A DNA stretch of 64,000 nt from Bradymonadia bacterium (GTDB lineage Bacteria > Myxococcota_A > Bradymonadia > UBA7976 > UBA1532). Numbering within the stretch: position 1 is the first letter of the stretch; each line of letters opens with the position of its first letter. Below the pieces are notes generated by a model that was not told where the DNA came from, ran no database searches, and saw nothing but the letters and a program-made list of their open reading frames with translations. Of this stretch, positions 50,872 through 59,187 are shown piece after piece. The position numbers and the translations under genes were made by a program. The stretch is taken from assembly GCA_046290225.1 (NCBI GenBank), contig JBKAGE010000078.1:32001-96000 (forward strand). The letters are read 5' to 3'.

Positions 50872-53490
50872 ATGAGTGTGCAGCCCAGCCCCGAGCTGGA
50901 AGAAGTCTACGCCCAGGCCCTCGACATTGCCTACAAAGCCGGCCAGCAGCTTTCCAGCGCCCATTTGCTGCTGGCGGTCTTCACTCTGCCCAACCTCGCC
51001 GAGGTGCTGCTCCTCGACCGCGCCGTCGACGAGATCACCCTCCTCGATCGCATCACCCACATGGAGCATGAGCCGCCAGACGTGGTGGATCGACTGATGG
51101 AGCGCGCCGCCCGCCTCGCCGCGGGTTGTGGGCAGAGTCAGATCAGCTGTTTGCATCTCGTGGGGGCCCTCACCCGCATGCCCGACGCATTCGCCCACCG
51201 CCTGCTGGCGCGATCGGGGGTGAACATCGCGGAGCTGCGCAACACCTCGATGCGCTACGCCACCGATGGCGTGCCGCCGCGGCTGCTCACCCTGACCCGG
51301 GCCATGGAAGGCGCTGATCTCGGCGCTTCAACGGCACAACAGGGCCAGCGCAGCAACTCGCGTGGGGGGCGACCGCAGGGACCAAAGGGCTCCGGCGGAG
51401 GCCGGGGCACCACCCAGCGCACCCCCCGAGGGCATCAGGGCGGTGAGCGGGACACGGTCATCGAAGACGACATCCCGACCGCGGTGTTCCACAAGGTGCC
51501 CTCCAAGCCTGGAGGCGGGCGGAGCAAGGCCAAAGCGCCCTCCCCCACCTTCGATCGGCGACAGAGCCGTGGCCGCCGCCGAGAAGATCGCAAGGTAGAG
51601 CGCCGCATCGCCGTGGGCAGCCCCAACGTCGGTGCCCGACACACGACGCCGCCCAAGGCCATGGGCGACGACACCCGGCCGAGCCCCTATGTGCTCAGCC
51701 GCGATCGCTTCAAGTGGCTCACCCTGCTCGGACGAAACCTGAGCCATCTGGCCTACCTCGACCACTTCGATCCGGTCCTCGGCCGCGATCAAGAGATCGA
51801 AGAAGCCATCGACATCTTGAACAAGCGCCGGTCGAACAACCCCTGCCTCATCGGGCGCCCTGGGGTGGGCAAGACCGCCATCGTCGAAGGCATGGCCACC
51901 CGCATGGTGACCCAGGACCAGCTGCACCGAGCCGGCCGGCCCGGTAAGGTCGTGGTGCAGATCGACGTGGGCACCGTGCTCGCCGGCACCCACCTGCGGG
52001 GCTCGCTCTCGGAGCGCTTGAGGGGTCTGCAGGCCGAGGTCGAGATGGCCGAGGGCCAGATCATCATCTTCATCGACGAGCTGCACACGCTCATCGGTGC
52101 AGGGGGCGCCGACGGCGCTGCCGATGCAGCCAACGAGCTCAAGGCCGCCCTCGCCCGGGGCAGCTTCCCGTGCATCGGTGCCACCACCATCGACGAGTAC
52201 GCCGAGTACATCGAGTCTGATCCCGCCATGGTGCGGCGGTTCACCTCGGTGCACGTCGAAGAGCCCGACGAGCAGACCACTGTAGAGATCCTGCAAGGTG
52301 TCGTGGGCCGTTACTCCCAGCACCACGGTGTGGATTACAGCGACGAGGCGGTGCGGGTGGCGGTGAAGATGAGCCGTCGCTACATCACCGACAAAGCCGA
52401 TCCCGATCGCTCGCTGGCCATCCTCGATCTCGCCGGCGCCGTGGCGCGGCGGGCGGAGAAGGCCGTCGACCGCCACGCCGTGGCCGAGGTCGTGGCCCGC
52501 ATGGCCCGCGTACCTCTCGATCAGCTGGTGCTCGACGATCCGAGCCGGTTCCTGGAGATGGAGTCCCTCCTCGCCCGACGCATCGTGGGCCAGGCCCACA
52601 CCCTCACCGCCATCGGGGAGACGATCCGCCGTAACCTCGCGGGTTTCAGCAGCAAGCGCCCCATCGGCAGCTTCCTGTTCCTCGGATCCACCGGCGTGGG
52701 CAAGACCGAGGTGGTGAAGGCCCTGGCACAGTTCCTCTTCGGCAGCGTGGACTACCTGACCCGCATCGACATGAGCGAATACCTCGAGTCTCATGCCCTC
52801 GCCCGCCTCATCGGAGCGCCGCCGGGCTATGTGGGCCACTCCGAGGGTGGGCAGCTCACCGAAGCCGTACGTCGCCGGCCCTATCAGGTCGTGCTCTTCG
52901 ACGAGATCGAGAAGGCCCACCGAGATGTCTGGAACGTCTTGCTGCAGGTCCTCGACGAGGGCCGCCTCACCGACGGCCGTGGGCGCCTCGTGGACTTCAC
53001 CAACACTGTGGTGGTGATGACCAGCAACCTTGGTGCCGACGTCTTCGAGAACCCCGACCGGCGCCCCATCGGCTTTGCCGGTGGCACTGCAGGCGACAGC
53101 TTCGAGAAGCAGTCCGAGGCGGCGAAGACCAAGGCGCGCAAGCAGTTCCCCCCAGAGCTGTGGAACCGCATCGAGCGCCGCCTGGTGTTCCACCCGCTCT
53201 CCAAGGCCGACATCCGCGCAGTGGCCCGGCTCATCATCGAAGATCGCGCCCGCATGCTCGGCGACGAGAAGAACATCCGGTTCACCGCTGACGACGCGGC
53301 CATCGAGGTCCTCATCGAACGTGGTGGTTACGAGCCGGCCCTGGGCGCCCGGCCCATGCGTCAGACCATCAGTCGGGAGATCGAGGGCCCGCTGGCTCAG
53401 AAGATCCTCGCCGGCGAGGTGGTGAGCGGTGACGCCGTGCAGGTCGTGGGCGAAGACGGTGAGCTTCGCTTCGAGATCATCGACGCCTGA
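50872..53490 (+). CDS. ClpA/ClpC-type Hsp100 ATPase (no M-domain, with ClpP-binding IGF loop)
   Basis: Clp-N repeats; GRPGVGKT and FIDELH; GSTGVGKTE, LIGAPPGYVG, LFDEIEKAH; RRPIGF; GARPMR. Confidence 0.92.
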   Translation: MSVQPSPELEEVYAQALDIAYKAGQQLSSAHLLLAVFTLPNLAEVLLLDRAVDEITLLDRITHMEHEPPDVVDRLMERAARLAAGCGQSQISCLHLVGALTRMPDAFAHRLLARSGVNIAELRNTSMRYATDGVPPRLLTLTRAMEGADLGASTAQQGQRSNSRGGRPQGPKGSGGGRGTTQRTPRGHQGGERDTVIEDDIPTAVFHKVPSKPGGGRSKAKAPSPTFDRRQSRGRRREDRKVERRIAVGSPNVGARHTTPPKAMGDDTRPSPYVLSRDRFKWLTLLGRNLSHLAYLDHFDPVLGRDQEIEEAIDILNKRRSNNPCLIGRPGVGKTAIVEGMATRMVTQDQLHRAGRPGKVVVQIDVGTVLAGTHLRGSLSERLRGLQAEVEMAEGQIIIFIDELHTLIGAGGADGAADAANELKAALARGSFPCIGATTIDEYAEYIESDPAMVRRFTSVHVEEPDEQTTVEILQGVVGRYSQHHGVDYSDEAVRVAVKMSRRYITDKADPDRSLAILDLAGAVARRAEKAVDRHAVAEVVARMARVPLDQLVLDDPSRFLEMESLLARRIVGQAHTLTAIGETIRRNLAGFSSKRPIGSFLFLGSTGVGKTEVVKALAQFLFGSVDYLTRIDMSEYLESHALARLIGAPPGYVGHSEGGQLTEAVRRRPYQVVLFDEIEKAHRDVWNVLLQVLDEGRLTDGRGRLVDFTNTVVVMTSNLGADVFENPDRRPIGFAGGTAGDSFEKQSEAAKTKARKQFPPELWNRIERRLVFHPLSKADIRAVARLIIEDRARMLGDEKNIRFTADDAAIEVLIERGGYEPALGARPMRQTISREIEGPLAQKILAGEVVSGDAVQVVGEDGELRFEIIDA

Positions 53491-53508
53491 GCCACGCCAA
53501 ACGCTGAA

Positions 53509-54951
53509 TCATTCAGAGGCGAGTGCCTCCTCGAAGTCTGCGACCTGGTCAGGCGGCAACTGCATGGCCCTTGCCGTGGCCATCACCACCTCTCGATAGA
53601 GCGGGATCCAGTCAGGGCATCGCGCGCTCAACGCTGCCATGTGATCGGCAATCGCGGCAATGTCGCCTCGTGATACAGGCCCTGTGAGATGCCTGTGCAC
53701 GGGGCCCTGAGCCAAAGCCTCCACAGTGCCCTCTTGTAGGGGGCTGAGCACGCCACGGGCGGCAGCATCATCGAGGCCGAGGGCTCGAAGCAGGGCGACT
53801 CCACCAGCCATCAGCGCGCCGATCCCGTTGCCTGCCAGCACGGCAGCGGCATGCCAGGCGCCCTTACCGCCTTGAGGGATGTGCACAGCCTCACCCGACC
53901 AGGCTGCGACCAGATTGCGACCGATGCCCACGGCATCCTCGTCGCCCTCGACAGCACACCAGGCACCTTCCAAGGCCTCCACCGCCCCAGTGACACCATG
54001 GAGCGTCTGCACCGGGTGCACCGAGCCCAACGCCCTGGCATGCGCCGCCAGCGGATGGAGCGCCTCACGGCCTAGGCGTCCTGCGCAGTGCATCACCGTC
54101 GTGTGGTGCAGGCGCTCGCCAGCGGCCACCGCGATTTGATGAGCCACAGTCTCGATGGCCTCGTCTGTCACCGCCAGGATCCACACCGGCGCCTGAAGCA
54201 TCGCAGACATGTGCGACGCCAACGGCCCGGAGTGGGTTGCACCCGCCCGCAGGGTACGGTTCCACACCACAGGGACCTCGACCCCAGCAGCACGGAGCGC
54301 AGTGGCCAGTGCCAGACCTGCGCGGCCGGCTCCGAAGATGGCCACAGGCCCCACCTCTGGTGGAGAAGCCAGACGCCCATAGATCTCCTGCGCCTGCTGA
54401 CGAATTTGAGGTGGCAGCCACCGCAAGGTCTCTTCCGGCCCCCCTGAGGCCAGGGCGTTGCGCAGAAGCGTACTGGAGATCCCGGTGAGCACCGGCCCGG
54501 GCAAGCACCACGGGGCCTGGGCGAAGTGCTGCAGCGCTGCCTCGTGACCCGGCCGACCAAAGACGATGACCTGCCAGCGGGCCACCAGCTCGTCGAATCG
54601 ATGCCACCGATGAGACTCGGTGAGGTTGTCGGCCCCCATCACCCACATGAAGGCGTGCTCCGGGTGGGCGTGCTCGAGGGCCTCGAGGGTGTCGTAGGTC
54701 CTGCTGATGCCTTTGCGCTCCCCCTCGAACTCGGAGATCTTGACCGGCGCACCGCCGAAGCCCTCGAAGGTGGCCTGGAGCATCTCCACCCGCTCTTCGA
54801 AGGCCGCCATGTGTTTGCCAAAAACATGGCCGTAGGCCGGCATCACCCACACCTCGTCGACGTCCGACCGGCTCAACAACGCCGAAACGGTGAACACATG
54901 GGCCAGGTGGGGTGGGTTGAACGCCCCGCCGTACACAGCAACACGGGCCAT
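53509..54951 (-). CDS. nadD: Fusion of nicotinate-nucleotide adenylyltransferase (NadD) and a Rossmann/DUF2520 (PanG-like) oxidoreductase
   Basis: N-half: YGGAFNPPHLAH, GADN, ISST. C-half: IFGAGRAG, LAVTD, HCAG, HPVQT, HAAAV..N, LTGPVSRGD. Confidence 0.85.
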   Translation of the reverse strand: MARVAVYGGAFNPPHLAHVFTVSALLSRSDVDEVWVMPAYGHVFGKHMAAFEERVEMLQATFEGFGGAPVKISEFEGERKGISRTYDTLEALEHAHPEHAFMWVMGADNLTESHRWHRFDELVARWQVIVFGRPGHEAALQHFAQAPWCLPGPVLTGISSTLLRNALASGGPEETLRWLPPQIRQQAQEIYGRLASPPEVGPVAIFGAGRAGLALATALRAAGVEVPVVWNRTLRAGATHSGPLASHMSAMLQAPVWILAVTDEAIETVAHQIAVAAGERLHHTTVMHCAGRLGREALHPLAAHARALGSVHPVQTLHGVTGAVEALEGAWCAVEGDEDAVGIGRNLVAAWSGEAVHIPQGGKGAWHAAAVLAGNGIGALMAGGVALLRALGLDDAAARGVLSPLQEGTVEALAQGPVHRHLTGPVSRGDIAAIADHMAALSARCPDWIPLYREVVMATARAMQLPPDQVADFEEALASE

Positions 54952-56156
54952 CAGGGCTGCTCCGGATAGAGCAAAGCCTGAGATCTGAGGGGCAGGAATG
55001 TCTCGAGGGCCTGCTCCCCCGCCTGCCACACGGCATCGATGTCACCACCGGCCTCGATCGTCTCCCTCACCGTCGTGCCACCACAGAGCAAGTCGATGGC
55101 CAGTCGATCACTGACATACTCATAGCGCTCAGTTCGCCAGCGCAGGGCCTCACCATGCACCGCCTGTACGGCGGAGAGGAAATGCAGGCCTGCTCGCCAG
55201 GGCTGAAAGGCGCTTCGATCACGTACGTGCAGGGCCACGCCACCGATGGTCTGCCCACCGAACTTGTGAAACGTGGGCCGGTACCAGACCGGGCGCCAGA
55301 CGATGCCCTCCACAGGTCGAGCGCTGAGCGCCTCACACACCGCAAAAGGATCGACATAGTCGGCGCCGATGAGTTCGAAGGGGCGCGTGGTCCCCCGCCC
55401 CTCGTTCATCAGGGTGCCCTCGATGAGGCACATGCCCGGGTAGACCACCGCAGTTTCCACCGTGGGCATGTTCGGAGACGGTTGCACCCAGGGCAGGCCC
55501 GTTTCGTCGAAGTACATGCTGCGCTGCCAGCCACGCATCTTCACTACGGTGATGTCTGCGCCAAAGCCTTCTCGGGCGTCGAGCAGGGTCACCACCTCAC
55601 CGATGGTGAGCCCATGGCGGATGGGCAGCGGCCACATCCCCACGAAGCTGGCGTAGGCCCGATCGCCGAGCCCGCCCTCCACCTGAGCGCCTCCGATGGG
55701 GTTCGGGCGATCGAGGATGACGACGGGCACCCCCACCTTCGCCGCCGCCTGAGCGCACAGCGCTGCGGTGTAGATGTATGTGTAGTAACGGGCCCCGACG
55801 TCCTGCAAATCGACGACGAGTACGTCGAGATCTGCGAGGTGCTCTGCCTTCGGTTGCAAGCTCTCAGGCGTATCACCATAGAGACTGATCAGCTCCGCTC
55901 CGGTGATGCGCTCCGTGGGGACTTCGGCCACAGCGATCATATCCTGAGCGTCTGCCCAGATGCCGTGCTCGGGACCAAAACAGCGGGTGACGTTCACCCC
56001 TGCAGCCTTCATCCGAAGCAAAACATGAACAAGTTGAGCGTCTACGCTCGCGGCGTGGCAGACCACGCCGACTCTCTGGCCTCGGAGAGCAGAGAAGCCC
56101 TCTTCGACCCAGAGGTCGAGGCCAGTGGCAACTGCAGGTGAAGTGTGGGTATGCAT
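54951..56156 (-). CDS. namZ: Exo-beta-N-acetylmuramidase (DUF1343)
   Basis: FGPEHG, SLYG, DLQDVGARYYTY, LDRPNP, RHGLTIGE, PSPNMP, EGRGTTRPFE. Confidence 0.93.
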   Translation of the reverse strand: MHTHTSPAVATGLDLWVEEGFSALRGQRVGVVCHAASVDAQLVHVLLRMKAAGVNVTRCFGPEHGIWADAQDMIAVAEVPTERITGAELISLYGDTPESLQPKAEHLADLDVLVVDLQDVGARYYTYIYTAALCAQAAAKVGVPVVILDRPNPIGGAQVEGGLGDRAYASFVGMWPLPIRHGLTIGEVVTLLDAREGFGADITVVKMRGWQRSMYFDETGLPWVQPSPNMPTVETAVVYPGMCLIEGTLMNEGRGTTRPFELIGADYVDPFAVCEALSARPVEGIVWRPVWYRPTFHKFGGQTIGGVALHVRDRSAFQPWRAGLHFLSAVQAVHGEALRWRTERYEYVSDRLAIDLLCGGTTVRETIEAGGDIDAVWQAGEQALETFLPLRSQALLYPEQP

Positions 56157-56203
56157 GCCGGTCAGTCTACACCGGCATCAGATGGGGGGCGAATCCGGGC
56201 TGC

Positions 56204-57835
56204 TCAGGCGATGGGTACGGGGCGCAGCGACACGCCCTGCTCGCGGATGTTCACCAGGAAACGGATGCGGGAGCAGTTGTAGCGACCCTTGAGATCATCG
56301 GCGTGGCTGTTCAGCTGATCAGCGAACTTCTGGAAGCTGATGCCCTTCACCGGTGCGCCGGCCTCCTGGCTGGCGTTGAGGTACTCCTGGTACACGCGGC
56401 GCAGGTAGCTTTCTTCAGGCTCGTTCACCAGGGCCAGAATCTCAGATGACAAACCCGACTGATCTGCCAGGGGCACCGGCGTCACGGGATCCGTGAACTG
56501 GCTGGCCATGGCAGGCACGGGGCTGCGCTCGCTGGAGACCGGGCCGCTCTGAGGCGCCTGAGGGGTGGCAGGGGCAGGCTTGCTGGCCCCTTCTCCCTGC
56601 CACTGCAAACGCTTCACTGGTCGCGGAGGCTCGTCCTCGTCTTCGGGGAGCGGGCGACCAGAGAGGTGACACACCATGATGTTCAAGTTCTGGCCCATGG
56701 TGTCGGCGAGCTCCTTGGAATCACCGTCCACCTCGAACCAGTAGTCCAGGTTGCCATTGATGATCTCCAGCACCCCGCCGTCGATGCTCTCGAGAGGCTT
56801 GACGAACTGATGATGGAAGAAGGCGATGAGACCAAAGATGACGAAGGCCGCCAGCATCACCGTGAGGGGCACCATGGGGGCATGGCTCGTGGCGGCGATG
56901 ATGGCCTTGTCGAGGTTGGCCATGACCAGGAAGCCAGCCTTCTCAGCACCAGCGTTGCTCCCGAGGTGACCGGCCATCCCCTGCCAGGTGCGGTTGCCCA
57001 GGGTGAACGTGAAGGCCTGGCCGTCTTCGATGCGGCTCTGAACATCCATCCCCTTTACCACCTGCCTGGCCACAGCGGCCTCTGCAGAGGAGTCGAGGGT
57101 GGAGCCCTGGCGTAGGTGTTCACCGACGAAGTAGGCCACGTCGGCGTGCACGACTTCTTTGTCCTTCCGGGCCTCGGCGCCGGTCAAGCGGTAGCCCAGC
57201 ACCACCGAGCCCACCACCTTGCCGCCGAAGCGGATCGGCGAGACGGCGACGTCCATGGGGGCGCCCTTCCACTGCCAGAGATCCTTGAAGGTCTTGCCCT
57301 TGCGCTGGCTCAGGATCGGATACTCGCGGGCCACCGAGGCCTCTTTCGTGCCGTACCAGGCGGGATCACCATCTTTGGCCACCCCGACGCCGTTGGTGTT
57401 GAGCACCATGAAGAGGTCGGGCTTCTCGCGGCGGTAGAGGGCGAGCACAGCGCCGTCGGCATCGCTGGGCGCGTTGGCGGCCCGCTGCTCGAACTTGCGG
57501 GACCACACGTGCACCTCGGTGTGCATGCGGTTGTGCACCTCAAGCAGGAACTCGTCGTCTGACGGCAAGGTGCCATCTTCCCGGACGAAGTCTTGCGGTC
57601 TGAGGTTGAGGGTCTTGCCGATGGGCACGAAGCGGGCCACCTCTTCGGCCTTTGCCACGAGGGCAAAGTCTTGGAGCTGGCGCACCTTCTCCAGGGCATT
57701 GCGTGCCTGGGTCAGGCGTTCGGTCATGGCCGCTTTGGCCTGCTCTTCGCCCTTCTCGATGGTCTGGAAGTAGAGCACCCCGCCCACTACGGCGGAGATG
57801 GTGAACAGCGTCGCGGCGACCTTGATGCGGAACAT
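56204..57835 (-). CDS. MXAN_5187-like membrane protein (periplasmic sensor-like domain, HAMP-like segment, conserved C-terminal domain)
   Basis: Two TM segments; KPLESIDGGVLEIINGNLDYWF; C-terminus RVYQEYLNA......ISFQKFADQL.......YNCSRIRFLV..REQGVSLRP. Confidence 0.75.
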   Translation of the reverse strand: MFRIKVAATLFTISAVVGGVLYFQTIEKGEEQAKAAMTERLTQARNALEKVRQLQDFALVAKAEEVARFVPIGKTLNLRPQDFVREDGTLPSDDEFLLEVHNRMHTEVHVWSRKFEQRAANAPSDADGAVLALYRREKPDLFMVLNTNGVGVAKDGDPAWYGTKEASVAREYPILSQRKGKTFKDLWQWKGAPMDVAVSPIRFGGKVVGSVVLGYRLTGAEARKDKEVVHADVAYFVGEHLRQGSTLDSSAEAAVARQVVKGMDVQSRIEDGQAFTFTLGNRTWQGMAGHLGSNAGAEKAGFLVMANLDKAIIAATSHAPMVPLTVMLAAFVIFGLIAFFHHQFVKPLESIDGGVLEIINGNLDYWFEVDGDSKELADTMGQNLNIMVCHLSGRPLPEDEDEPPRPVKRLQWQGEGASKPAPATPQAPQSGPVSSERSPVPAMASQFTDPVTPVPLADQSGLSSEILALVNEPEESYLRRVYQEYLNASQEAGAPVKGISFQKFADQLNSHADDLKGRYNCSRIRFLVNIREQGVSLRPVPIA

Positions 57836-58103
57836 CCGTCACTCCCCTGGGTCAGCCCTCCAGGGGCAGAGCCCCTCGAAAGCAAGTCCTTGAAATCAAT
57901 GGATTTCACCCTTGCGTCCAGCCATCGTAGACCGGCCCGGAGGGGGTGTCAATCATCCCCGGGCCACCCACCATGGTGGCGGTGTCGCCTCAACAATTCG
58001 GCAACTTGGCGCGGTAAAATGAACTGAAGCGGTCCCTGAGGACTCAGGGGAAAATGCAGAAGGATTACAAGACTGAATCAGTCCGAAACACTTCCATTGA
58101 CCC

Positions 58104-58994
58104 CTATTGGGCCACGAAGCCTGCCTGGATGCCGGTGATGGTGGCGGAGAGAGGGTAGGCCTCCACGGGCTCGCCACCATCCGTGAGGGTGGTCATCACT
58201 CGCTCCACGTTCAACTCGTCGAAGAGCTCTGACAGGATCCGCTGGGTGTCAGCGTTGCCGGGGACCAGCTCAAAGAGGGTCTCCGAGGCGTCAGCCACGG
58301 TGATGAAACCGCTGAGGCTGGCGTCCATCAGCGCCAGGGAGTCGGGGCCCTCGGTATCCTCGAGACCGGGGGTCACGGTGCCGGAGATCTCCACGGACTT
58401 CAGGGGGATGATCAGCTTGAGATCTTCGCTGTAGATGTTCAGGTCGCCCTTGGAGGTGCTGGTGAACATGTCACCGCTCCTGCTGGCCATGAGGCTGCCC
58501 ACATCGACGTTGCAGGGGTTGGCCTCGCCGTCGAGGTTGATGCACTCCCCCTCGGTGAGCCAGGTGAAGATGTTGTCGACGACGGGCTCGGTGTCCCCAC
58601 CGGCGGTGTACTGCCCGGCACCACCGTTGACGGTGATGTCGCCCGTGGCCCAGTCGTTGAGCTGCACGAGGATGATGACCGAGTCGTCCCCGAAGGATCG
58701 GTTGAGCAAGGTGCCGAGGATGTTGCGCACGGCAGAGGGCTCTTCGATCTGAATGCTGTCGATGTCGAAGGTCAGCTGGTTGATCTCACCCCCGCCGGCG
58801 CCTGCGCCTCCAGCGCCACCCCCGGCGCCTCCACCAGCGGCTCCACCGGCACCTCCTGCCATCGCCGCGCCAGCGCCTCCGGCCCCCCCGGAGTCGCCAT
58901 CACCACCATCGTCGTCACACCCGAAACAGGCCAGCGCAGCCATGGCGCTCACCAGCAGCCCACCGCGCAGGTGGTGCGTTACTTTGCCGAACAT
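58104..58994 (-). CDS. Hypothetical acidic lipoprotein with Gly-rich linker
   Basis: Lipobox ACFGC followed by DDDGG and GGAGG repeats; AGGAG RBS. Confidence 0.72.
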   Translation of the reverse strand: MFGKVTHHLRGGLLVSAMAALACFGCDDDGGDGDSGGAGGAGAAMAGGAGGAAGGGAGGGAGGAGAGGGEINQLTFDIDSIQIEEPSAVRNILGTLLNRSFGDDSVIILVQLNDWATGDITVNGGAGQYTAGGDTEPVVDNIFTWLTEGECINLDGEANPCNVDVGSLMASRSGDMFTSTSKGDLNIYSEDLKLIIPLKSVEISGTVTPGLEDTEGPDSLALMDASLSGFITVADASETLFELVPGNADTQRILSELFDELNVERVMTTLTDGGEPVEAYPLSATITGIQAGFVAQ

Positions 58995-59187
58995 CGGCGC
59001 TCCTTCTCGTGAATGCGTCGCGGGAATGTAACACGATGTGGGGGGTAAAGATTCAAGTGGAGTGATGTCGCTTGGGGCGTCGCCGACCTTGACAGCTGAC
59101 TCCAGCATTGCCAATAAGGGGCCCAAACGCCTTTCGGGCGACCGTCCTGGCGATCATCCAGCCCCGCCCCGCGTATTCAGGAGTCGA

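Noticed and set aside
59089..59117. sigma70 promoter for the helicase (TTGACA)
   Set aside because: The -35 is perfect, but there is no convincing -10 at a 16-18 nt spacing.
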